Shown here piece by piece: positions 13,109 through 26,672 of a stretch of DNA of 64,000 nucleotides. Within the stretch, counting starts at the first letter, position 1, and the number at the start of each line of letters is the position of its first letter. The DNA is from Eledone cirrhosa (taxonomy: Eukaryota). The stretch lies in the NCBI GenBank assembly GCA_964016885.1, contig OZ024742.1, positions 154,194,001-154,258,000 of the forward strand. The letters are read 5' to 3'. The notes under the pieces were generated by a model. It was not told the origin of the DNA, ran no database searches, and saw only the letters and a program-made list of their open reading frames with translations. Both the position numbers and the translations under genes were made by a program.

Positions 13109-13486
13109 AATACAATAAATGTAATCTGAGTTTTTCGAATATTAATAATAACATTCGATTCGTTTGTAATTATACAAACAAGCCTCGATTTTATAGCCTT
13201 GTCAATAGAATGAACCTTTCTTTCTTGCTCTTGTGTTGGCATGTGAACAGAACTGCAGACAATAAAGTTTCTGGGTATCACCCTTCATCAGTACAGCTCA
13301 CTGTTCACCTGCCAAACTGTCAGAGCTAGTGAACATATATAGTATTTTCAATGCCAACACAAGAGCAAGAATCAAGTGTTCATTCTACTGACATGAGCAT
13401 AAAATTGAGGCTTGTTTGCATAATTGCAAACGAATTTGAATGTTATTATTAATATTCGAAAAACTCAGATTACATTTATTGTATTT
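13109..13486. repeat. Inverted repeat with about 133 bp arms enclosing a hammerhead
   Basis: 13109-13241 is the reverse complement of about 13352-13486. Confidence 0.88.
13237..13314 (-). ncRNA. Type I hammerhead ribozyme with long stem I
   Basis: Minus strand: uggca g gugaacag ug agcugua-CUGAUGA-a gggu gau accc a-GAAA-c uuuauu g-UC-ugcaguu cuguucac a ugcca. GUC cleavage triplet. Confidence 0.82.
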
Positions 13487-13510
13487 GTATTTATGTATAT
13501 ATATATATAT

Positions 13511-13572
13511 AGTCCAGAAATAGCCGTCGAAACGGCTTGAGCTCTGCCGTCGGGGTCTTGAACTTATTCCTA
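13511..13572 (+). repeat. Family G fragment (PLE 3'-terminal motif)
   Basis: agtccagaaatagccgtcgaaacggcttgagctctgccgtcggggtc matches 2765-2823, 24375-24434 and the reverse complement of about 49060-49120. Confidence 0.8.
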
Positions 13573-13582
13573 TATATATATG

Positions 13583-13637
<55 letters not shown>

Positions 13638-13959
13638 GTGCGTGTGAGTGTATATACAAACACACACACACACATATGTATATACACAGAGTGAGTAGTT
13701 TATTTAATACGAAGCATTATGAGATATGTACTAAAGGGCAGGTACTTTTTTTAAAAGCCGAAAATAGAAGAGCAAATGATGATAAATGGAACAAAACGAA
13801 ATAAAGTATTGTTTTACCCAGTCTATTATGGCATGATAATTCAGGGTTATTACCCTAGGATCAGTTAAATCAGAGAACGCAAATTTGTCGTTTCTTTTAT
13901 CATGGAGTGTTTCAGCTCCCCATGCGAAATATTATGCATTGTATCGCATTGTAACTGCC

Positions 13960-16740
13960 TTTCAAAACACCTACTTTCTATCTAACAGGGCTTCGTTTTT
14001 GTTGTGAATGGGACATACGTCACTTGTCTTTGGACTTCTTTATCATTCTAATTGCACCGACGTTCATTGATATTGTACATACTTTAAGATACCACATTTT
14101 TCCAATTTCGATCGTTAGATCTTTATATTTACTAACTATTGTACTCAATTTAGCGATGTTAATATCCCAATTAAGGAATATGTTTTCTCTTTATGACTCT
14201 TCACAATTAAATCAGATCTGTTTGCCTCGATTGTTCCTTCAGTGTCCATAGGGAAATCACTTATGATTTTCACATTCTCGCCTTCTGTTACTGCATCTGG
14301 GTGATGGGTATGCAATTTTCCCTGTGTTCTTGCATAAAACAGTATAATATCCAGTGTAAATTTCCCACCCACTCTCTCATGATTCATTTTATATTCCTGG
14401 TGAGCTAATACTTTACAGCCTGAACCCAGGTGGCCAATCGTTTCAGTATGCTCATCACATAATCAACGATTTTGATCAGTTCAATTTCTGATCACATTTA
14501 TTTTAAATTGGTGCTTTGAGAGACACTGGCATTTGCAGATAAAATAAAGCTCTCATTCTCTGCATTTAGCCTAGAACTCAACAGCTACTGAAGGATGAAA
14601 CTTTGATCTACATCACGTTCTTTGCTACGGAGAACATAGTGCTCATGCACTGATTTCTTTTCTCCCAATCAGTAAAGACTCTCCGTTGACATTCATGTTT
14701 TATCGACATTTTGATATTCTTGGCGGCTTTATTTGCAGAAGCACCAACATTTTCGAAATGTTTTCGCAATACCTTCGCAAATCTGCTTTCTCTGATGACT
14801 GAATATAACCATTCCTTCCTTTCATAATCTGCAACAATTTGCATCATTCGGTCTTCTGGCGTTTTATGGTACTGATCGAGTCCAATGGGTGATATACTGT
14901 ATGACAGTTCAAGCTGGATCATTCCTCAACCTCCGTTTTGTCTAGGGAATAGATGTGCTCCACATCTGCTTTTTGGTGAAGTAGTTTATTCCAGGTTAGA
15001 GGTTTCCTGATCTTGGTATCCGTTTTCTTTATTTCAACAAAGTTCCAATTTATGATATACAAATTGTAGTTGACAACAGGGATTGCAAGTGCAATTATCG
15101 CAGTGTGCTTACCCAAGTTGGATTTAGTTTTCAAGACTACGTATTCTCAGGTAGCATTCCTTCTTGATTTTTTCTATTATGCTGGCATGATAACTACGAT
15201 TGCCTTTCATTGATCCCTACGATATATGTAAGCTTGCACTTATTCTAGTTCCTTAATCATTGTATTCACATCTATTTCCATTCGCGTTTGTGTTTGCATT
15301 CTGCCTTTTTTAATGTTGATTTAGCGCATTTTTTCCAACCAAAATATATCACTTCATCATTGCTGAACACCTTAACTGCCTTCAGTAGTTTTCCTAGTTC
15401 GCAGTTATTTTTGGCATACAGTTTCAGTTAATCCATATATAAAACATACGATCTAGGGTTTCGATGTCCATTTTGTATACGAATTTTGTTTTGATGAGCG
15501 CTAAAGAAAGCGATGTGACTGCAGTGCATAATATCAGAAAAGAAAAAAAGATTCACCTTGACAAATACCAGTTAATAATTATGCAATGAGAGAGTGAAAG
15601 ATTTGTAATCCATACAGCAGTTTGCATTTCAGGAAGAAATTCTCATAACATCCAAATATTTCAACGTGTAAGTATGGGGAACAATATCAAATGCTTTTAA
15701 AGTCAATCCAAGCAGTACTCACCCTTCTGGGATTGTTATGACAGTTTTACATAATCATATGGTTAATTAGAAGTTGGTATTTGCAACAGTAAGACAAACG
15801 ACAACAACCACTCTGCTCAAAAGTGAAAACATTATTTTCATCCATAAATTTGTAAGAATTGTGTGTAATGTGGGGAGGCGAGTGAGAGTACCATAATGTT
15901 TTGAAATATTTGTTTCTGTCGATATTGGCAAGAGATATGATATACCTTGTGTATAACAAGATTATTTTGACTGTGTAACAAAATTTGCTTTCCAAATCTT
16001 CTGATTCTTTGAATTTTCAGCAGTATTTTCTGTTTCAGTTTTTCTTTGAGTGATGGGATTTGAAGTAACTTCGTATTTCTTAATCACTTTACTTCCTTTT
16101 CTTGACTTGAAAGATTTCCCAGGACATATTTCATCCAGGATCGATATTTCTCCCCTCAGCATTTCAATTTCCTTCTCAATTCATTTTTCTACCAGGGTAT
16201 TTTTTTTATTTTCGAGTGTTCCGTGTTTTTCTCTTTTTATTTTGAACACATTTCCTTTCTATTACCATTGGTGCTGCCAAAACAACCCCATTCAATTCTA
16301 CTATATCAGGCTTCATCACTTCAATTATTGCTTTAAAAGTTTGATTTCGAGGTCATGTGCGTTGTTTTGTTTTGGTTGGTGCATATACATTTTTGCAAGG
16401 ACACCTTTTCACCCATACTAATGTGTGCGTGCGTGTTTCTTTTGCAAGTACATTGATAATTTCTTGTTTTGATTGTTCTATCTGATGTTTATGTTCCTGC
16501 GTAGGAATATCCTCATCCATGCTGTCAATATGTCATTCAAATTGGTCCTACACTGTTGTGTTTCTGATACTTTCAATTTTCTGTGAAACACGTTTAATGG
16601 CGTCTCTTCTGTCACATATTCATTTTCATCAATTTCTGATATTGGTATTCTTAAATTGTGTTCGACACTCTTCCTCTTCCTCATTTCTCTGCATATGTTA
16701 GTCTCTTATTTCTATGAATATCACTTATTGCATTTTAATT
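13960..16740 (-). mobile_element. Decayed R4/Dong-like non-LTR retrotransposon (RT + restriction-like endonuclease)
   Basis: Peptides ALAIPVVNY..IINW...DTKIRK, LYMD*LKLYA (about 15410-15445) and DFPMDTEGTIEANRSDLIVK (RLE 'RPD' region). Many stops. Confidence 0.78.
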
Positions 16741-16759
16741 ATTTCCCGCCATACCCTAA

Positions 16760-17530
16760 AATAACAAGAGTCGTTTTCCCCTTAGTGAGCCAGTCAGGTG
16801 TTTCTTCTGGTTCTATCAGGATTTCATAAAATTACTTTGCCAACATTCCATGTGACTCTGTTAAATATTTTAACCAGAAGGTGGGGATATTGTCATGGTT
16901 GGTGCCTTCCAGTTACGTGCCCCTCTTAGTGTGACATCATCTGCTGTAATATCCCCCCATAGTTGTTCGTCTGCTGTGTTTGCTGTACTTGCTAGCATTG
17001 TGCATGGTATTTTCTTTTCCCCTTCTGTCGATATTGTTCTCCAGAACTCTTCCACTTCTTTAACATTTGGGACTACATTAACTTCTATTTTGATACTATT
17101 AAGTTACTGGTAGAGTCGTTTTGGGCTGGAGTGAAACAGCTGATTTTGCTGAAAAGACTTTTTGGCGCTTTTCATATATCCTTTGTGCCTTTGCCAATAT
17201 TTGTTGTTTAAGGCTTTCCTTAGTATTTGGGATTTCCCTTTCAGTTATGCTATATTCTTTTAGTGTTTTTATATTTTCCCCTGTTCTTAGTTTTGTTTTT
17301 TTCGTATTTCATTTTAGATTGAGAGGTATTTTGTTCTATTTTCTATCTTTTTTGTGTCGTTGATTTCCACGTTTGAATGGATTGTGTTATTCTGGCTTTT
17401 ATAGCTTTAAGTGGGTATCCACTTTCTTTAAATCAACAGGGGCTGCTGCAAATATTATATTATTTAAATAAGTAATATTAATGTTTTTATTCATAATTTT
17501 TTTATTCAGTCTGTGATGCCTAGGTCATCG
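16760..17530 (-). mobile_element. Second R4/Dong-like fragment (pre-RT region)
   Basis: KESLKQQILAKAQRI, EEFWRTI, RNWKAP, PDWLTKGKTTLV. Confidence 0.7.
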
Positions 17531-17557
17531 TTTATTATTATTTTTATTATTATTATT

Positions 17558-20500
17558 GGCGACCTACGTAGGAAATCATATCGTGAGCACCGCAAAGGTT
17601 TGTTGTTTTCAATTGTTTCAAATTGCCAGTTATATCTGTTGTTAAGTGCTTATAAGTTCACATATATTGCTTTCTGAAAAGGACACTCAAAACATATTGG
17701 GGTCTGTGAGCCCAACATTTAAACTTTTTATTTATCAAACAAAATATTTCTTTAAAAAAAACATGGACGACAAATCTCCTGTTTTTAACAGACCAACATA
17801 TCTCCCCCCACCACCACCAACATCATTGTAAGCCTTGCCACGGTTGCCAACACTGAAAATATAATTAATAGCAGTCTCAATTATTTAGATTTGCCGCATA
17901 AAGACATGGATTTCACGCCATTACGAATAACTGCAGGTGTTAAAGACGCCACCTCACGACCACAATGTCAAAAAGAACAACGAACACCACTGACACCACC
18001 ACAACAACAGAACCACCCCCACAAAAAAATAAAATTGTTATCTCGTGACATCGAAATGGATTCACCCAGAATCGACTCTTCCACATCGAACACCACTGAT
18101 ACCACCACCACCTCCACCATAACTGCAATTAAAAATAACAATAACAAAAATAACAATAACAAAAGCAACAGTAACAATGAGAATAACAACAACATCATCA
18201 ACACCAGCGCAAAACAAAATGTGACGTTTTCCAAAGCAGCTAAGAAAAGCGAAACAATCGAGGTAAGCCAGGATCGTTTAAACGAAGCCAAGCGAATGGT
18301 ATTAAAAGACGGGTACGAGGTCAGCCCCCCCTCTTCTAATAAAATGGAGGATCGGCGCCTATGCACCGTCTCATATCGGACAATAAAACAAAATAACAAC
18401 GAGTGGAACGGGCACCCGAGTCCCAGATACAAAAAGCCTTGGGACATGTGTGAGCGAAAAAAACTCACATCAGACGTGGGCAAAAAATGGAAACGTGAAC
18501 GTGTTCTTTGGAACCACACAGGAAGCCAGATAGCACTCCATGGCCGCATTAAGAAGTAACTTGTCCTAAGCTATTGTGGTTAGAGACTCGTGAAGATCAG
18601 AGTGACCCACGTTCCACCGGCCATCGAAATTCCCTGGCTAATGGCTGCCGTCCTCGCCGGCATCGAGGCCAACACAAAAATAATTGAGATAACAAATGAA
18701 AAGCAGGATAACTGGTCCGGATCTGGGATGGAGCTCCTGATCCAAGCGGAACAAAAAAACATTGACAAAATTCCAGAGGTGATAGACCTCAATGACGGCA
18801 GACACCTCACCGTAATCGTTGAGGGTAGAAAGCCTAGGTGTGTCGTTTGTGGCGAAGGAACCCACCTAAAGGCTTTCTGCTCTCAGGCTAAAACGTTTAG
18901 GCCGTCTCACCTACTAACCCCAGTGACTCAACCATCAAAACCACCAGCAGCAGAAATGGCAGCAACAACTGTAGCAACAACAACAGAAGCAACTGTAGCA
19001 GCAACAGTAGTAAAACCAACACAACCACCACCCACCGCGCCAGAATTAGCACCAGCGCCTCCACCAGTCACCAGGCCACAAGCAAAATCAACGCCTGTGG
19101 AGGATCTTCCACTCCTCGACCCATCCGAACTGAAGACAGATTATGACGATGAGTAGGAGTGGGAAATGGTATCAGGATAAACGAAAAAGAAAAAAAAAAC
19201 CCCAAAGGAAAAAATCCCCTTCCATCGCCCGCCAAAATAAAATGCAGGGGGAAACAAATAAGTAAAGAAACAAAAACGTTAAGACATATTTGCCACCACC
19301 CACACCAGCATTACCAGCCGCATCACCATAGACACGAACGCCATCTCCATCATTAACCCCAACACCACCATCTCCAACACCACAAAAATTACCAAAAGGC
19401 GAAACAGAAACAAACCCACAACAAACGCAAACAAAACAAAGCAACCAAAACGATACACACTACACATAATTAAATTTGAACAACAACCAATTATTACACT
19501 ACATCCAACACAACAGCAGCATCACAGAAAAAGAGTACACAACATCCCACAAATTCACTCCACCTCCACATCATCTCCACACATACAAATCACTAGTATC
19601 ACACAGAAAACGTACAGGACACTAAAACAAATATTCCCCAAGGATATCGGAGAATTCCGAGAAACACTCTCCAGGAGGAGGCCACAAGCAGTGAGAAGGA
19701 TGGACAAACAATCCTTACCCTACGAGAAGTGAGGTAAGTGGTCTTTCCCATCTTTGTCTACTACTTTTCAACATGACCTCACTCAGAATAGGCAGCATAA
19801 ATGAGCATGGCCTGAGGTCGTCATAGAAGCAGGGCCAACTGCTCAACGACCTCAGGTCACTAAACGTAGATGTGGTGGCAATCAGTGAGACCAGAATCTC
19901 CGATGCACAAGCCTTTGCACCGATCTACTGCGGCTACGATGTGTACGCATCTCCCAACCGTCCTGGATCAGGTGGATGAGTTGCTGTGCTTTTTGGAGAG
20001 GTTTAGATCTCGCCCTACTGGCCATCTTCCTTGACCCAAAAGTTAAGCTGGTGGTGCTGGGCGTGACCAGCGGAGACAGGCAAGCTTTCAGGTTAGTTGC
20101 CGTCTATGCCCCGACAGGAGCAGGGCGGCCTGATTTTTTCCGGCATCTAGAGACCTTTCTTGGAACATCCCGCTCTTTAGTGTTAGTGGGCGACTGGAAC
20201 GGGATCTTAGATGAACGCTGGGACTGTATGGGATTAGCGGATAGGGGAGGAGGGTGCAAGAGCCTCACCAACCTGCTCAGGCGTTTTGAACTGTCTGACA
20301 GGTACCGATTGGATTTCCCGAATGTGCCAATGTGGACTTGGACAAATCACATGGGGTCATCCACATCATATCTAGATAGAGTATTTTGTAGAGAAATAGA
20401 TAGGTCTAGCATAGGCTGTCCACAATTCAAGATAGTCAGCTACACGGACCACAACTTCGTGATCTGTGTTCTTGACTTAGATAGGCTTCATAGACGAGTA

Positions 20501-23397
20501 CCCGGCTACTGGAAGCTAAACGCGTCCTTACCAGCGGGCAAGGCCTACAGAGACCGGATTAGCGAACTAGTTAAGCGGGCGTTGACGGGGGCAATTGTCA
20601 ACAACACGTGGTGGTTTACTCTGAAAAGAGCAATTAGAATAGAGTCCATTAGGTTTAGTAAGGCTTTAGCAATAGAGCAGAGGGAGAATTAGTTAGAAAA
20701 TTAGACGAGACGCTTAGCAAATGCATCGCGGCCGACGTACTTGCGGTGAAATTGGCCCTTGACCAATTCTTCAATGCAAAGCACGAAGGCTGCGTTGTCA
20801 GAGCTAGGGTGCGTGCTCTCAGACACGAGGGGACGAAAGCCATTCAATGGGCACGAGTGGCGGAGGCGCGTCGTGGCAACAAAGCCACGATCCAGTCTTT
20901 GATGGACCGCGACGGGCGCATGCTACTCGATTCCGGGCAAATATGTGAAGCTCAGTTGTTCGGGGGCAGTGGCGGGCCGGATCGATGGATGGACTTTTAT
21001 GTCTACCTCGACGGACTGCCGCGGCTGTCGGCCACTGAGGCAGAGTGTTGCGAAAAGGCGATAACAGCCGCTGAAGTACGGGAGGCAATGACTGGCTGCA
21101 CAAGGGGTAAATCGCCTGGTTTGGATGGTCTGCCCTATGAACTTTACGTACAGATGCCAGACTTGTTCGGAGGTCTCTTGGCGGACGTCTACTGCAACTG
21201 GCAACAGAACGGGAGAACTCCTATCTCTGTGAGCCGAGGAGCTGTGGTGTTACTGAGAAAGTATCCGAACAAGGGGGATAACATAGATAATTTTAGGCCC
21301 ATAACTCTGCTAAACACAGAGTTCAAGATTTTCGCCAAGGTGCTAGCAAAGAGGTTGGCGCTTGTCGTTGGTGGTCTGGTGGGAGAGGCGCAGACATGCC
21401 CCATTCCCGACAGATCAATCCATGACAACCTCCACCTCATGCGATACATCGTAGAGAGGGTAGCTTGGGTACCTGACACGGGTGGGTCCTTGATCAATTT
21501 AGATCAGTCGAAAGCTTTCGATAGGTTCGACCATCGTTACCTAGCTGCAGTTCTGAGGGCGGCTGGCTTTGGGCCCGTCTTCAGAGGCTGGATCGCTGCC
21601 ATGCACAGCGACATCTGGTCTGTGGTGAGTGTGAACGGTCACCTTTCGGAACCGTTCAACATCATGCGCTCGGTCCGCCAAGGATGTCCCCTCTCGTCCC
21701 TCTTGTACGTATTGACTCTCGAGCCATTATTGCACAAACTGGAGACGTTGAGGGTGGTCCCGCGCGAACTAGGATGCGGAATATCCGTGTCAGCATATGC
21801 GGACGATGTCAACGTAGTGGTGTCGAACGCTAAACACATCGAGGCGATCGGCACTACACTAAAAAATACGAAGCGGTGACAGGAGCAATGATCAACCAGA
21901 AAAAGTCAGTGAGCCTGCAGCTCAGCACCTGGAGAGGCAGGTCCATGCCGTCCAACAGCGTCGTCGGGCGCTGGACGGACGGACCAGTTAAATTGCTCGG
22001 GGTCTGGTTCGGTCCGGATTTTCCAGACGGACAAAAACTGGGACGAGGTGACGAGCAGGGTGGCTTCTCTCACCCAGAAATGGGCCCAGAGGAAGCTATC
22101 CCTGAAAGGTCGAGCGGAGGTGACTAACGCGTAAAATCGCGTCCGTCATCTACTACCGCCTGACCCTCGTACCTTGTCCTAAGCCCCGTCTGACTGCGTT
22201 GGATCGTTTACTCTTTCGCTTTTTGTGGAAGACACGCGCTCCGATAATCAGACGGTCCATCTCCTATCAACACCCACTACGTGGAGGGCTGGGAATGCCG
22301 TGGCTGATGATGCGCAGACACGCGCTCAGGCTACGACATCTCCACCTCTTCCTCGACGGTGATCAGGTGTGGTCTCTGTTTGCTAGATGCGTCTTTCCCC
22401 AGCTCGTCTCCTTGACGGAGCTGCAGTCCCGGGTCAAGCGAAGACCGAGAGGGAGCGCTTGAAGACTGGAATGTCTTCAGGCGCTCACAGCCCTCCACCA
22501 ATCGGGCAATGTGATAGTTGAAAGCTCCACCTTGGCGTTCTATAGAGAATTTGTGGAGGGGAAGAGCGGCGACGTACTTGGGGAAACTCTAGGCGTCGTC
22601 GAAAAGCAACAAGCCAATCTCTTCGGAAGAAATTTCGGGCCGGGGCCTATGGACAACTTCCAGAAATCCCTGGCCTGGCAGTGCTACTGAGGAGCTTTGA
22701 CAGTTCGGGATAAACTCTACAGGCATGGAGGTGCCGTCAAGCGGGCATGTCCGAGATGCGTGCAGGGCGACGAAACCGTCCTGCACGCATTCGTCCAGTG
22801 TCCGCGCATTGCTGACTTGTGGGTTTATGTCGAACACCTGCTGTCGCGTGTGGGACGGATCCGGCGTGAGGATTGCCCCGCCCGTTTCCTTTACCAGGGA
22901 AGGGCAGGCAGTTTTTATCTGCCTGGTGGCCATGGCGAAAGATATAGTATCGTGGACACGTTTGAAAGGGCTGAAGACGAGCACTTACCTCTTCGGTGAT
23001 GCCCTGATTAACTTTTTCAAATTTCATTTGAAAAGGAAAATCAGGGTAGAAAGGGATGTGCTCTCTTCCCAGCATTTTGTTGAAAGATGGGTGAGAGAGG
23101 CAAGAATGGCCCGAGTGAATGGGCCTACTCTGAGTATGTGTCTGTAAATTAAAGGTGGAAAACTGGGAGAGGGCACTTGCCCTGGTGGTCAGGGTCACTG
23201 TGGCTTTTTAATGGCCTTTCTCCACGAATATCCCTCGGAAGTCTCCCCCCTATTGGGGAATTTTTTCATTGTTCTATTATTACATCCTCTGTTTCTTGTT
23301 TTTTTTACACGCAGAAATGCCCATTTGTATTGCCCTGTATTGATATGTACTGTCCTTAATGTCCACTTTATGTAAACCCTTGTGGTTAATAAAGATA

Positions 23398-23437
<40 letters not shown>
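17558..23437 (+). mobile_element. Near-full-length Tx1/L1-clade LINE, inactivated
   Basis: ORF1 remnants with CCHC knuckle CVVCGEGTHLKAFC. ORF2 from ATG at about 19773 with APE (VYAP, GDWN, YLDR, TDH), RT (GKSPGLDGLP, FRPITLLN, RQGCPLS, YADD) and Zn finger (CPRC..ETVLH..C). AATAAA at about 23388 and an (ATT)n tail. (ATT)n also at the 5' flank. Confidence 0.93.
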
Positions 23438-23440
<3 letters not shown>

Positions 23441-24209
23441 GCTTTTCTAATCTGAAGCATAAGACCATCAATTTTAGAAGAAGGCAATGCTGGTTAGATT
23501 GACGCTAGTGAATTTATTTCAATTGTAATTTATGAACTGACCACGGAATAATGAAAAATGGACATCTGCAGGATTAAACTCTGTATTTAAAAAAAAAACA
23601 AAGCATAAGGTAATGATTTTTATCTGACGCTGTAAAATTCTACCATAATCGGATAGATATTTGGGATTAAAATCAGAAAGACCGATTAAAGATTACAAGC
23701 AATGTAATCTGGAATCACCAGTTGACATCAAATCCAGACATCGAATCGAAGAACGCTATTCTTACACTAAAGAACAACTACCCAAAACACAAAATTAAAA
23801 CTTCGTATAAAAATATAAACTGTAAATTATGTTTAACATTCCATTCCATAAGGTAGAATATAATAAATAAATTATAAAAAGAATGAAAATCCAGAATTTT
23901 CTTAAGTTGGTTCAGGAACTGGAATTCACTGAAGAAAATGTTCACACTTCATACTAGAGAAAACTAAATGAAGTTGAAACCAAAAAAATTGTGTATCCCT
24001 GTGCTAGCTGAACAGTGTGAATATATTAATTTATACAAGCTCGGTGATGTAAAAGAAACTATGCGTTTAGGAAAATCGCACGCTTCCCAATTGACCTTAC
24101 ATCTATAATTAACTTAAGGATGTGTAGTGCTTCATTTAAAATCTTATATTTAATTATATAGAAACACATATACGTGAAAAGACGCACGTGCATATATATA
24201 TATATATAT

Positions 24210-24251
24210 AATCAAGGTTTAGCAGTTAAAACGACCAAATGTTATCTCGAC
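24210..24251. repeat. Internally deleted remnant of the 62117-63010 repeat unit
   Basis: aatcaaggtttagca is joined directly to gttaaaacgaccaaatgttatctcgac. Both halves occur about 320 bp apart in the 62 kb unit. Confidence 0.7.
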
Positions 24252-24269
24252 GTATATATATATATATAT

Positions 24270-24431
24270 AGCGAAGGGAAAGTGGTAAGGAACCAGGTGG
24301 ACCATAACGCACCAAAGTACTCAATACTTAGGGTAGTAGAGTGGGTAATAGGAGTAAGTAAGACCCCGACGGCTGAGTACAGAATTAGCCGTCGAAACGG
24401 CTTGAGCTCAGCCGTCGGGGTCTTACTTACT

Positions 24432-24434
<3 letters not shown>
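24270..24434. mobile_element. Family G element folded back into a hairpin
   Basis: ataggagtaagtaagaccccgacggctgag ... ctcagccgtcggggtcttacttactcctat. Left part matches 48981-49090 and 52040-52078. Confidence 0.82.
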
Positions 24435-24486
<52 letters not shown>

Positions 24487-24488
<2 letters not shown>

Positions 24489-24790
24489 TACCCGTTAGAC
24501 CTGTGCGAAATTCCTTCCTTGCTCACATTTCAACCAGGTTTGATGGTCTTTATTCTCTCGTTCACGATTTCGCCGAGTTTATATTCATAGAAATCTGGGA
24601 CTTGTCTCTTTCTTCTCACTTTCTGTTGCTTAAACCATTTTGTTTGTTCACCCTAACGTTCTCTTTATTTACGTGTCCCAACGACTTTTTTTTAGCCGTT
24701 GTTCGCACCAACCTGAGGTATATGGCCCTTAAAGCGATGAAATGCCTAGGACGATTGGAGGGTCACTGATGAAGGACTTACTTTTTCATA
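24487..24790 (+). mobile_element. Family A copy 2
   Basis: Reverse-complement homolog of 2889-3190, flanked by (TA)n. Confidence 0.82.
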
Positions 24791-24845
24791 TATATATATA
24801 TATATATATTGCTTACCTATATATATATATATATATATAGGTAAC

Positions 24846-25096
24846 TTATTTCCGGTTGAATCGGAGGTAACCACAGTAAGTAATGTACTCAATACATAGC
24901 ACAGTATAAAAGTTTTAATATAGATGAGATTCTACAGGACTAGAACTGTTTCATTCTTTAGAAATCTTCAGGATGATTTCTAAAGAATGAAACAGTTCTA
25001 GTCCTGTAGAATCTCATCTATATTAAAACTTTTATACTCTACTATGTATTGAGTACCTTACTTACTGTGGTTACCTCCGATTCAACCCGGAATAAC
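24846..25096. repeat. About 250 bp palindrome centred on a partial hammerhead core
   Basis: Arms pair around about 24970. Minus strand reads CUGAAGA-uuuc uaaa gaau-GAAA-c..g-UC. The 5' strand of stem I is missing. Confidence 0.8.
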
Positions 25097-25135
<39 letters not shown>

Positions 25136-25137
<2 letters not shown>

Positions 25138-25595
25138 ACAAAGGAATATAACAGATAAAATCCATGGGGCTGAAAATCATACACGTGAGAATGAGCGACT
25201 ATTTAGCAGCCTCTACATCAGTCGGCCGCCCTCCAGGACGGCCGACTGAGGTAGAAGCTGTTAAATATTCGGTCGACCTCTTATCTCTGATTTTCAGCCC
25301 CATGGATTTTATCTGTTATATCCCTTTGTTATATTTTGATATTTACCTGATTATTTCACCCGATTCATACTGAATCCGGTCATTGAAATGATCATAGTTT
25401 AATAAACCTTTCAAGGATTTACACCAGCCCAGCCTCCTGTTATTTTATAATAATCAACTCCGTACTCGCACCACCAACTACACAAACGAAGACGGGTGAG
25501 TTGCATTACGTTGAGTGCTCTCCATAATATTACATCGAGATTGACCATACGTAAGGACCAGTTCTATCAAGTGGTTTAACCAACAAACCAAAATA
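25136..25595 (+). mobile_element. Element with a 200 bp hairpin (25136-25332) followed by a degenerate HHR and AATAAA
   Basis: taacaaaggaatataacagataaaatccatggggctgaaaatca pairs with tgattttcagccccatggattttatctgttatatccctttgtta. Then CTGATTA..gattca tac tgaatc..GAAA-tgatca-TA and aataaa at about 25401. Confidence 0.65.
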
Positions 25596-25599
25596 TATA

Positions 25600-26229
25600 T
25601 ATTTATATATACATATGTCCATACCTACCTACCAACATACATACATGCATATATACATACATTCATACACAAGTGAAATAAAACATATGTATGTACCTAC
25701 ACCTTCAGATACATCATACAGGCACACTTCATAACCCCTCCCAACTACATACACATATACACACACTTACACACACATTCACTCTCAAACACCCACAGAC
25801 ATACATACATACATATACAATTACGCACACATTCACACTTACACACACACACACAGACACAAACATACGTACTTACATGCATACACACCTGCATACATAC
25901 ACAATTACACACATTCATGATCACACATACACTCTCAAACATACATATTTGCATACATAAAGACTTACAAACACACACACAAATACATACTTACACGAAT
26001 TCTTGTTTGATTGTAAACAACACAATAAAATATACCAACATAAATTTTGAAGTTTGCATTTATTCTTGTTTGAACTATAGAGTGTATTACTGTGTGTCTG
26101 GTTGGCTAATTGTATATTCATTTATTAATGTTTCTTTTTATATCTTGTGTGATTCACACATTTCATATATATATGGAAAAATGTATATATATATATGTGT
26201 AAATATATATATATATGCGTATTGTATGC

Positions 26230-26313
<84 letters not shown>

Positions 26314-26341
26314 TTATGCATATATATATGCCTATATATAC

Positions 26342-26382
<41 letters not shown>

Positions 26383-26404
26383 CATATACATTTGTATATA
26401 TATG

Positions 26405-26444
<40 letters not shown>

Positions 26445-26672
26445 TATATATATATACATGTATATGTATGTATATATAAATATAAATATATATATACATG
26501 TATATATATATGCATATATATATTCATATATATATACATATATATATATACATATTTATATATATATATACATATATATATATAAATATACACATATATA
26601 TAAACATATATATGCATATACATATATGCTTATATATATACGCTTATATATAAACACACACACACACATATA

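Noticed and set aside
24195-25600. CRISPR-like repeat/spacer array
   Set aside because: Separators are variable-length (TA)n, the inserts are multicopy repeats, there are no cas genes, and the context is eukaryotic.
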